The notes beneath the pieces are model-generated. The model ran no database searches, had not been told where the DNA came from, and worked only from the letters and a program-made list of their open reading frames with translations. Of a stretch of DNA of 64,000 nucleotides, positions 54,001-64,000 are shown in pieces. The translations under genes were made by a program, and so were the position numbers. How positions within the stretch are numbered: position 1 is the first letter of the stretch; each line of letters starts with the position of its first letter. The stretch is from Bugula neritina (taxonomy: Eukaryota; Animalia; Bryozoa), in assembly GCA_964035545.1 (NCBI GenBank), contig OZ037767.1, positions 27,482,628 to 27,546,627 of the forward strand, given 5' to 3'.

Positions 54001-57000
54001 CAAATATTTATCTACTAATCATGTTTAGATTGCAGCAATTATGTATCTCAACACTCAGCATGATATAGTAAATCAATTAATGAATTCAGGTCTGCAATAT
54101 TAATTATGTAATAGATGGCACCGCTTCAGAGTTCTAACTAATTTCTGAGACAGCTGATTGCATGTATTCTTACAGGTGCATATGCTTTAGTTTTAATTCA
54201 AGTTTACACTCATATTGTTTTTTAAAGATCAGATTAAATAACTTGTAACAATAATAATTATACGTATTGATAAAACAATTATTCTGGTATTAATATAATA
54301 ATCATTTTACTTATAAAATGATATGCAACTACAGGATGAAGAGTTAATTTGGAGTTGTGCTACAATTTTTAGATTATTTATGAGTGGATAACTCCTTTTC
54401 AAATGCAAACTGCTCATAATTTTCATAGTAAATTACTTATTTTATTGATGATATGAATTTCAACAAGTTGAAAGGTTAACAAATTGGCAAACAACTTTTA
54501 CATCCTGAAAATCAGTTTATATAATATAATTATTATTGTTTAAATTGTCACATATTAGATTTTATCACTTGCTTTTTAAATTATGTACCACATAAGTTTT
54601 ATAATATATAAATACGAAACAATTAACAATAGCAATTGCTTTTATAGTTATTTTGGGCTTCAATCAGTTACAACATGGCAAGTTAAAATTATGAACTTAA
54701 ATTAAAAACTTGTGTAAAATGTACTTAATATTTTTAAGCTCTTCTACTTTATGGACTGAGATACGGACCCAGCAGAAAATACACAAAGAGTTAGCATAGT
54801 TACTAAGTAGGAGAAAACATGACTGAGCAGTACATATAGTACACAGGCTATTAGCATAAAAACTAAGAAGACCACAGGAGATGCTAAACCTTAAATCTGA
54901 CCAAATGACAAAATAATGCGAATTCATAAAATAACTAACTGCTAAGCTAGAAGCACCTTATAGACCCCAGTCTAAATGCTTAGAACTAAATGGTGTCACA
55001 GTAGCTATATTTACTCTACACCACACTACCTGGCTCTACACCAAATTATCTGTCGCTTGTAGAGATGTTGGTAAACACATTTCTCAGCCAATCACCAAAA
55101 ACATTACATCCGTTATATTATACTTGTTTATGTTGACATGTACTATAATAGAGCGTTATGTTATGATGAAACTGGCCAGTGACTCACTATTCACAATTAT
55201 AAATATAAACAAGAAAATTTGACTCATCTTGTTAGAGAACCGGAATTCAAATTAACACCAACCAGCTATTTTTATAGCCAGTTTAACTATTCAATTATAA
55301 GAGGGGAATATAGGACTGGAAGGGAAAGTGGCTTAATTTATTGAATATAATTATTGGTTATTAAAATTGATATTGTGTTTGTTATCTCAATAATTAACAT
55401 TCTATATATATACATGAATAAGATATATGATATATAGTGTGTATCATGTATAAATTGTGGGGTACACAATATAATAATATGATGCATTTATATGGTATAT
55501 AATACATATCTGGTACAAGACATATATCAGACTAATCCGAATAACTAGAATATTTTAATTAACTTATTTGCAGTAGCCTAAGCTTAAGACCGCCTTTGCA
55601 GTGCTAATCCTTAACCTCTCCAGCTAAATATAACCCAAATCCTTTAAGCATGCCAGGATGATGTCCTAATAACTACGGGACAATGAAAGGCAACTACCGA
55701 GTAACAATCTCAATCTGTGTGATAATCCTCAGCCTATCCTACTTTCATAGCCTGAGTCCCATTAACCAGCTGACTTCAACTGCTCAATATAGTAAAAAGA
55801 CATGCTGGAATTATCAACTTATACCTTGACTTTCTGTACTGAATTTTTTCTACCGACACTTTTAGTACAGTAAGATCTCATGCATGCTGTTGGGTGTTAC
55901 TAATTCAGCCAAGCTTCTTGCTACTGGCCTGCATAGCATTGGTGAGCTAGTTATGCATCGTAGAAGCATTTCTTACCAGCAGATTTGGTAAAGAGTAAGA
56001 AAACATGTCTTTCATTTGCTTCAAGCTGCGAGTGAGCCAATGCAGTGTTAATTTGAAATGAATGCATTTGAAGAAAGGCCTGCTACCAGGCAAAGAGTAA
56101 AAGAGACATGGCGGGCATTGCAATAACTGCTCTTTATTATATTATTCATTTCTTTGGCTTCTTAAGCTATAATTATATGAGATGATAGCCATCTTCATAC
56201 GGATTATTAGAAGATTAACTGAATTGTTAGAGAACTGGTGCTTAGCTTCACAAGTATATAGGAAATTATTAAACCATATCATTAGGCCAATGAGGGGCAG
56301 GCTTCCAACCAGCCATTCTGCTACAGGCTGCCCAGGACCTGTTATAGGCTGCCCAGGACCTGCTTTAGGATGCCCAGGTTTAGTTTCAACTTCAGTGCTA
56401 AGTTGAAAGACTCTGCCTGATGTACTATTAAAGTCGGAACAAATATAAGAATGTGCTATTATTATGAAGATGAGTTAGAAGCTATAATTAGACTATATAC
56501 ATGTACCACGCCAAAGCTGGTACTACAGTTACATATATCTATGCATAACTAAGACACATTCTACATTGTATAAAATATGTATAATACCAGAGCTCTGTAA
56601 TTAGCTCAGGGCCATCTCATTATTAATGAATCAACATACATCCCCTATTAATCACACTGTTCATAGCACTAATAAATAAGTTCTTGCTTAACTAGTAGGT
56701 TCTGCTATAATTGTACATCAGCCAACTTGCCAAGCAAAAGCTTCCTATATATAGCCTTGATTTTAAAGTTTTACCATTCCTGTTCATTTTCTTTTAGTTT
56801 TGCTTTAAGGTGCGTATTTACTATTGTTTCAAGGTGTTGTGTGTTTGAAGTTTAAATTAGCTTTCAACCAGCCAACAGTAAGATGAACCTTCTTATTAGA
56901 TGTAATCAGTTTCGCTAAATGTGACAGAGTGCTTGGTTACAGAAGATCCTAGAAGGTAAAGTGTCACCAAGGTGATGGAGAGAAAGCTGAGAGTATGAAG

Positions 57001-58342
57001 TTCTGTCTGCTGAACTGAAAGTTGACACCTACTACGCCAGACGGCACATTCCTGTAGCTACAGGAACATCTGGGGAAGCTAGTTTCTACTAAGAATGTAT
57101 TGCTCTATAATGCAGGGTAACTTGCCCAATCTAGGTTATGAATCATTCTAAATTTAGACAAAAATGAATCCACGTCTAAAACTTCTTCCATAATCAATGG
57201 CACCATTTGCTTATCAATAATGTTCACATTAGGCTCATTAATCATGGAAATCTATAGTAACTTTTTTCAAGAACCACATCTGCCTGCCCCAGGACTTCCT
57301 CTGTCATGGTACTACTTCTGCTTAGCACTCCCCTAGTACTACCCTAGCTCTACCCTAGCCCTACTCTAGCACTTCCTCTGTCATATTACTACCTAAACTC
57401 GCGAGTCTAGCACTACCATACCACTACCCTAGCACTACCTGGTCTGGCTTGTCCTACAGATTTCTGTTCATCAGAAAGTTGGAAGTTTGGAGATGAATGT
57501 ACAAAATTTTAGGGAAATCTGAGTTTTAGTATACAAGTGATGTGACAGTTATAATAGAGATAAACACAATTTCTCAATAGGATGTAGCTATTTATATAAC
57601 CTCCTCGGTATGCTTAGCAAAATATATTGGGAATACTTTATGCGACCGTTTACAAATGTTTCTTGGATAACTATAGTTTTTAGGCTTCAGAAAATATTTG
57701 GTACGATTTGGCAACTTTCGAACTCAAGATCAATGCATGCTATGTAGGCAAAAAAGTCAATTTTATAGTTTTGCTTAATGTTTGGCTACTAATTTATCCA
57801 GTTTTGTTAATTTTTTACAACGGAGTATATTATTATCCAAAGAACCTTTCACAAGAGCAAACTGGCATGCTGCCTAAAATTTCCCTATCTACCTAAGTAT
57901 CTTGTGTCAATGTGGGACACATCTTAGAAAGGGAAGTGGAGAATCTTCCGGCACTACTTTTTAACATTCTTCTTAAATAAGGGTTGCACTAACATGTGAC
58001 CAGCAGATTTATGTACTTCTGAGTAGAACTTGGTAAAAACTTAAGATAGAAGAGTATAATAAAAAGAGCCCAAGATCTCCTTCAACAGGCCTACAAACTG
58101 AAACTAGAACATGACACTCACGTGATCTTCAAACCGAGAAATCCGCTAGCAGACTTTCCTCTAGTGTGCAACCTTCTTGGAGGTTGTTGAATTCCAGGAG
58201 ACGCTTCTTCAGATCGACCAAAAAGTTGAAGAGAATGAGACGATTGCGACTGAAGAATGCTGCCGGTTCGACTGAAAACAAACTCTGAAGAGCTGCTGAC
58301 GGATGACCCGCCACCTCCGCCACTGCTTGGGTTTCTAAACAT
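39095..58342 (-). CDS. RAP1GAP: Rap1 GTPase-activating protein (Rap1GAP family) with N-terminal GoLoco motif and C-terminal coiled coil, about 825 aa
   Basis: Shared exons: 48836-49007 (GoLoco [22 protein letters not shown]), 48325-48393, 47068-47262 ([18 protein letters not shown]), 46039-46224, 45401-45538 (FKFGVIYQ), 43853-44083 (FRGGLD...[12 protein letters not shown]), 42961-43116 ([18 protein letters not shown], with the catalytic Asn thumb), 42223-42381 ([13 protein letters not shown]), 41709-41933, 40753-40979, 40031-40139, 39492-39683, 39095-39289 (...GEEIV*). First exon is 58122-58342 or 52005-52228. Confidence 0.93.
46935..47046. repeat. 30-bp minisatellite (GAACTAGCAAATGAGATGATGTGTTACATG), about 3.5 copies, next to a Rap1GAP donor
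   Basis: Direct reading; ends about 20 bp from the donor at 47066-47067. Confidence 0.85.
47630..47950. repeat. Degenerate satellite of about 22 bp (TATGTATGATAGTTATTCGTAT-like)
   Basis: Recurring atgtatga...tagt/att motifs, highly diverged. Confidence 0.55.
48114..48194. repeat. Local tandem duplication of about 35 bp
   Basis: cctctcttcatataactatata occurs twice. Confidence 0.75.
52005..52228 (-). CDS. RAP1GAP: Rap1GAP alternative first coding exon (proximal), [12 protein letters not shown]...RRRITSWQK
   Basis: ATG at 52228, phase-2 donor AA|GTGAGT, in frame with the phase-2 acceptor at 49007. Confidence 0.7.
52688..52701. promoter_or_regulatory. RFX X-box GTTTCCATAGCAAC
   Basis: Exact match to the X-box consensus GTHNYYATRRNAAC, about 460 bp upstream of the proximal Rap1GAP ATG. 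Confidence 0.5.
56323..56378. repeat. 21-bp repeat (AGGCTGCCCAGGACCTGTTAT-like), about 3 copies
   Basis: Direct reading. Confidence 0.75.
57297..57440. repeat. Degenerate 11-bp repeat (CTACCCTAGCA-like)
   Basis: Recurring ctaccctag/ctactctag units and a duplicated cttcctctgtcat. Confidence 0.6.
58122..58342 (-). CDS. RAP1GAP: Rap1GAP alternative first coding exon (distal), [14 protein letters not shown]...[11 protein letters not shown]
   Basis: ATG at 58342 with an in-frame upstream stop, phase-2 donor AC|GTGAGT matching the acceptor at 49007, and a CCAAT at about 58639 upstream. Confidence 0.7.
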
Positions 58343-61300
58343 TTTATTTTCAACTTTCAATCATGTAGTTCCGATTTCAATGTGACAAAAATTTCAACTC
58401 AAGACAGCAAGTTGAACGTAAATATATCGACTGTTACAGTAGAGGAAGTTGATATTGTTCGGCTGTCAAAGCGATTGTTGAGGATTGACAAGTGACAGCT
58501 GCTCCAGTAGAAAAAGTTGATTGGAGTGACGCGAAGAACTAAGCTGTGAAGATACTGAGCTCTACTCACAGAGAGAAGGTCTTCTCTCACAGCTGCTTGG
58601 TAACTATCTGTAACTCGGGAGAGAGCTCCTCACTTAAGCCAATGATTGATGAGTTATTGCGATCACCACAGCGTGACAAACATTATATTTGAATACCATG
58701 TGCTCCCATAGCCCCACTAGGGAACATGTCCACCCTTTTCAAAGTAGACTGTAACTAATTCACTGTTATCACAATGTATAGACATATTTAGTCGTTTAGC
58801 AGACATCATTATGGTTAATTAGTTAGTTATAAGATATAATTTAAGTTTTATTAATAAAGCTGATAACAAGGCTTTAGTAATGTGTATAATTATAAAGAAA
58901 TATTTTACTATCATAAATCTACCACAATTATGGTTAAACTTTACGTCATTTTCTTTAGGGTTGTTTATGTAAAAAATAGTGAAGGCAACTACGGACTCAA
59001 ATGCTGAGCTTTGATCGGTTTGGCTATTCAGTAGTCTGGAGAAAAATTTTTGATAATAACTTTTTTCTTAGAAGTCACGTCTTGTGAACTTTTTGACATG
59101 CTTCTAAAGTATTATAATTATGGCATATTTTATTATGTAGCCTCAAATATGTGAGGAACATCTTCAACACTTTGATTGGCCAGAGCATCTAAGTTTATTG
59201 TTTAATTAAATTAAATATCTAAGTGTAAACAACTTTGACTTAAATTCTAGTTTAGCAGGATGCAGTATAAAAATCCTTCTAGACAATTTGTGGTTACGAA
59301 AAATCATTATCTAGAAATTAATCATTGTCTAGCTGTTGCTCCAGTAGCTTATTCCTATAAATTTTCTAGTAGCATCCTTAATAAAGCCATGTTTATTCCT
59401 AAACTTGACAGTTCCCACTATTAGATGTCTATTTACACTAATATATACGGATGAAAGGAAACTTAGCTATGGCACCCAGTGGCACAATGCCGATGCTAAT
59501 GCAGCCACCAACTGCAACTGTGGGTGATTTCAGTAACAATTTGATCAAAAAGTGGCACTACCGCCTAAGTACACCTGGCTACGAACTTTAGGGTTTAAAC
59601 GTAGATGTCTGAGAAAGGCTGGCCAATGATTAGAAAGTAAGAAGGATTGAGTCAGGTACCGGTCAAACACAGAGACTTGAATAGTTGTTTACGAGAAGAG
59701 TAAGTAGCAATATATAATATTGTGAGGAAATCATGTGGGTATAATGATGTATTCAAGTAATGATGGAGGACAGAGCATCAGGTTTCAGAGTTAGATGATA
59801 CATCACACTCTTTAACTTGTAAACAACCAACTTTTATCTAGCAAACTATTGTATATGCAGATCAATAAATCTGTGAGAATATAACTCCAGATGAAAAGAC
59901 AATGCCATGACCATAGTAATGCTTTAATATTGAGGAAGTGATGAAGTCCTATTACATTTTCATTTTAATTAACTGAGTAAACGGTAGCCTACTTTTTAAC
60001 TTTGAAATTCCGTTTCACCTATTAATATCTACTTGAATATAAAATACTAATATGAAATAATGGCAAAAATAGGGTTCTATAATCTAAATTAAATGTTCAA
60101 CAAAGTGAAAATAATTTACATAATTATACAGACACTTATACTTGTTATATGTCAGTGGAATGCTGTGGAAGTGAAACATCAGTATTTTTTATTTTTCCAT
60201 TAGAAAACTTTGGTTTACGTTGAGAAAAAGACAAGCTGTTGTAGTCTGGCGACAGAACCTTACACGCAAGCAGTAGGTATCTTGGCGACAAGACTTTGGC
60301 ACATTCTGTCCGTCTGTATCAAACTATAGATTAAAATTCTCATCAATATCTACAGACGCACCAGTTGACACTTATTATGTAAAGCACCTGCTTGCAATTG
60401 GCAGGTGAAATTGTTTTCTATAGGTAACAATGTCGTGACCGTTTTGCTAGCTCAGATGTTGTGCTTTTACGTCAACTGGTTGAATCCTTAATTTCTGTCG
60501 TGAAGCTAAAGAACTATCCGGAATGTTGAGATTGTTTTTCACATAACATGCTGCTGATTATGAAAGTAGTTGAACAACAAGAGCCAATAAAAGCTCACTA
60601 GCAAGTTTCAAACCTAATTAGTGCTAACTTATTTGAGAAGGGATTAACATACTAGCTTACAATTAAACTTTAAAAAACTAATACACTCTTTAGCACTTTT
60701 TAGAACCTATCATTTCACACGTGATTGAAACATTTCACGCCAGCTAATTAGCCTACTAACACCTTCAAGTGTATTTTGGGAAAAAGAGCTATATGTAGAA
60801 TTTCTTCAACTTTTACTCTGAAGAGCCATGATATTAGTCATAGTATCAATAAACTACCCAGTATGCTATTTTCTATTAATGAAGCTGCTCTAAAAAGTGC
60901 ATAAAATGAGCAGTAGGCTACGCTCAACTACTGGGTGTATGACATTCAATGAAGTGAAGTTTTTGCAAAAATGTATAAAATATCTCAACTTGATGGCTAA
61001 GAATTACAGCAATATATCATTTTAGAACCACCCGAACTAAATATACCTAAAAAGGAAATGTTGAAAATGATTTAAATAATTTTGAATTTTTATATTCTTC
61101 TGTTAAATCTAATAATATCCCTTCTAATTAATAATTATTGTAAAGTAGGGACATATTTAGTTGATGGTAATTGGGCAACGGCCAGTAGAGAATGAAATTA
61201 AAAACTATTTACGAAATAATTTAGATAGACAGTTGGGATACGGATTTGACAGAAATGAAGGCTGAACAGGCTGTTATGACAGAGAATGATATAATGGCAA

Positions 61301-64000
61301 GATTAATACTATTTCAATGAATTGATAATTATTATGTTTCAATGATTCATTATCATCCCTAAACACAACAATAAAAACACTTATGCATTTATTAGTAGCC
61401 TACTTAAAGTTTCAGTTTGCTTCTTTTGTCTTGTCAGTCAACAATTCTAAAATTAGCCAACTTCTGCAGAAATCTTTTTAGAGAATAAAAGAATAGAGAA
61501 ATAGAATTTAGAGAACTTTGGTCAACAGCACAATGGGTGAGACCACAAAATCGATAAATCTGTATCAAGCTTTTTGTCTAAAAAAAAGACCTTTTAAACT
61601 TTAACGTTATTGCAGACAAAGTTTATACAAAAACAAAGCTTAAGAGATCTACAAAATTTATGATTCATGTTTTTTTTGCATCACAGGAAATAATTATTGA
61701 ATCATATTTTTTGTGGCTAAAACTATTAAACTGTTTTGAAATTACTCTTTAAAAGCATTGAAGCATCCTGTTAAATTTTGTACATAAAATTAGTAAATTA
61801 GCAGAAGAGATTAACTCAAATAAACTTTGTTGACAGTTGCATTCATTAGTACTGCAAGTGTGACTTCAGATGTTACAACTGTTGACCAGCCTTATGCCAC
61901 TAGAGAATCTATCTGTTTATATATCTACTATATTTTGCCACCATTTTAGACTATAATGTTACTAGCCTTGTATTTCAATTAACAATTACTAAAAAACATG
62001 GGTGATATTAATGAAATGAAAAGAGGACCCCAAATGTAAACACTAAAGTAGTAATCGTTGCAGGTTTGGTTGTGAAAAGAAAACTCAACTAAAATGCATA
62101 GATTCGGCCATTTTGTAATGCTAATAGACTGTGTGTACTTAACAGAAAGACTAGGAGCAGATTTGGAACGAAATCTTTGAGTGAAGTGATGATTAATTAT
62201 ATCCAGAGTTGAATGGCAGGTTTACTTCATATTGAAGTAAAAAAAGAAGTTGGTAAAACATGTAATACAAGAACCAACTAAGCTACTCTCAGAACTGAGT
62301 TTAATATGTATAATATATATTTCAAAATAATATGGGCAGCTACATTTGCTATACAATACTGCAAATTTATCATAGAAAATTGTTGCATTGTTTTGAGTTT
62401 TAATGTCAGTTGATAAAAGCAGCTACAATACTTATTGTATGACAGGTAGTTTCTGACAAATTACCCACATAATGCTTGCACATAAGTAGGTAAATATTGT
62501 GTGTAAGTAAAAACACATTTTATGCTGGTTCATTTATTTTTATCAAAATATATAGTTTTTTGATGTATATTAAACGTGATTGCAGGATCTAGTTAACATG
62601 CTCTATTAGCGGATAGGCAGAACGTGAAAATAGGAAATGGCATTGTAATAAATCAACATAGGGTGACGGTGCTCTTCTAGGAACCCGAAAGGCATTAATG
62701 TTGACACAAGTCGTATAAAGCATCTTTACATTCACTTATTATGAGTTTATAGCAATTGATTATTTGCCAGAGTTCGAATTCTACATGACTTTGTCAGCAA
62801 GTGTAAATCGGTCTACCAGCATGCTGCGAGTTTACTAATCATCAAGAATTACATGTTACATAACCTTCAACTTTCATAAGATCTATACAAAATGGATGCC
62901 TCCATAAGTGCAGAAATTTAGTTAGGATTACAAATTAAAATGCAGTAAAAATTGAAATACATTTGGCAAAGAAAGGTTTACTGATGGCACATACCAGTGG
63001 AAAAAAGAGGGAGGAGAAAGGAAAACCAGAGGTAGTAAGTTATTAGTAACTACTAGCCATCAACTAGAAAGATCTTTCTTTATGCACTGACTGAACAAGT
63101 ATACCTTTCTAGTCATGTTACTTAGTATTTGTGTACAAAATAACACAATTTTATTCTTTTGCAATGATGAAAAAACATTTTTTGCTAATTTTAGAATTCA
63201 AACTTGCAAGTGTTTGGTCGGCATTATTTTTTATGTTCTATTTTTAAACACAGATTATTTATAATAGTGGCGATGCTAATACTTTGTAGAAATAGTCCCG
63301 CAATTATAAGTGGAATAAATAAAATGAACAGCGAAATGTTCTGCTTTGACTACTTTACGTTTTCAAGATTGCTATATTACAATAATGTCATTTCATATCA
63401 TGCATGGAAGCACTAGAGTCAATTTATTGAAAATATGAAGCATTCATTTCACAGCTTGACTGCGATATATTGTAATGTTTTTTGTTGATTAATCATTTAT
63501 TTCACTACATGGGAAAATAATGATAAGGTTTAAACACTTTTAAATGTATCAATTCATGTGTTGACAATTCAAACCAACAAAACAAGTGATAATCTTCAAG
63601 GATTAAGTGACTCCTTGTAGTAAACAAGCTGAGTTTACCTAAAGTAGATTGACCTACTGACCACTATACTATCATGAGAAATAGCACAGCTGATTAAGAA
63701 GACTAAGTTACTTTTTTCTCTATGCAAATGTCGTAGCTTTAGAGTTTTCAAGCTTATTAGCCACTGTTCTTACACTTAAAAATGAGGTTCTAAACCAGAA
63801 CCCAAAACCAACAACCACAAGCTAAAATAGTTTGTGTACATTCAGTGTGACCTTGCAATATCAAGAAAGCTTCTGAGTTGACCAACGCAAACACAAAGAA
63901 CTTGGCAACCTGCTTGAGTAACTGGCAAGGAACATTGGTCCCAGACAAGATGCTAAATCTCCACTGGAATTTAATAAATCACATTGCTAAGTTACAAATT

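Noticed and set aside
55825-55881. Further Rap1GAP first exon ([19 protein letters not shown])
   Set aside because: Its phase-0 donor is incompatible with the GoLoco exon, and it is short enough to be chance.
58700-64000. Additional gene in the final 5 kb
   Set aside because: No chain of frame-consistent exons or recognisable protein; treated as upstream, intergenic or intronic sequence.

Overview
AT-rich, intron-dense eukaryotic (invertebrate animal-like) genomic DNA. The ORF track mostly shows exon fragments, so I rebuilt gene models by hand from GT-AG boundaries and reading-frame continuity. Five spliced genes are supported: (1) an uncharacterised Lys/Ser/Arg-rich protein (-, about 1611-4534); (2) a coiled-coil protein with a C-terminal CAP-Gly domain (-, 5452 to about 21613); (3) NECAP (-, 24341-27619); (4) SF3B4/SAP49 (+, 31161-37843); (5) a GoLoco-containing Rap1GAP (-, 39095-58342) with at least two alternative first exons. 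Also present are a PIF/Harbinger-like MITE with a TAA target-site duplication, a degenerate tRNA-type SINE and many minisatellites, most of them next to splice sites. The most striking feature is SF3B4 intron 2, which is almost entirely a 44-bp tandem array (18 full copies plus 1 degenerate copy). Its unit is the intron-2/exon-3 junction itself, giving about 19 near-identical 3' splice sites. Only the last gives a full-length protein; every upstream one leads to a stop within about 15 codons. A 5' splice site of the same gene is also tandemly duplicated, and the extra donor again leads to a stop. As SF3B4 is a U2 snRNP branch-point factor, this may be a repeat-encoded splice-site decoy or autoregulatory device (inference, untested). 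I cannot identify the species from sequence alone.
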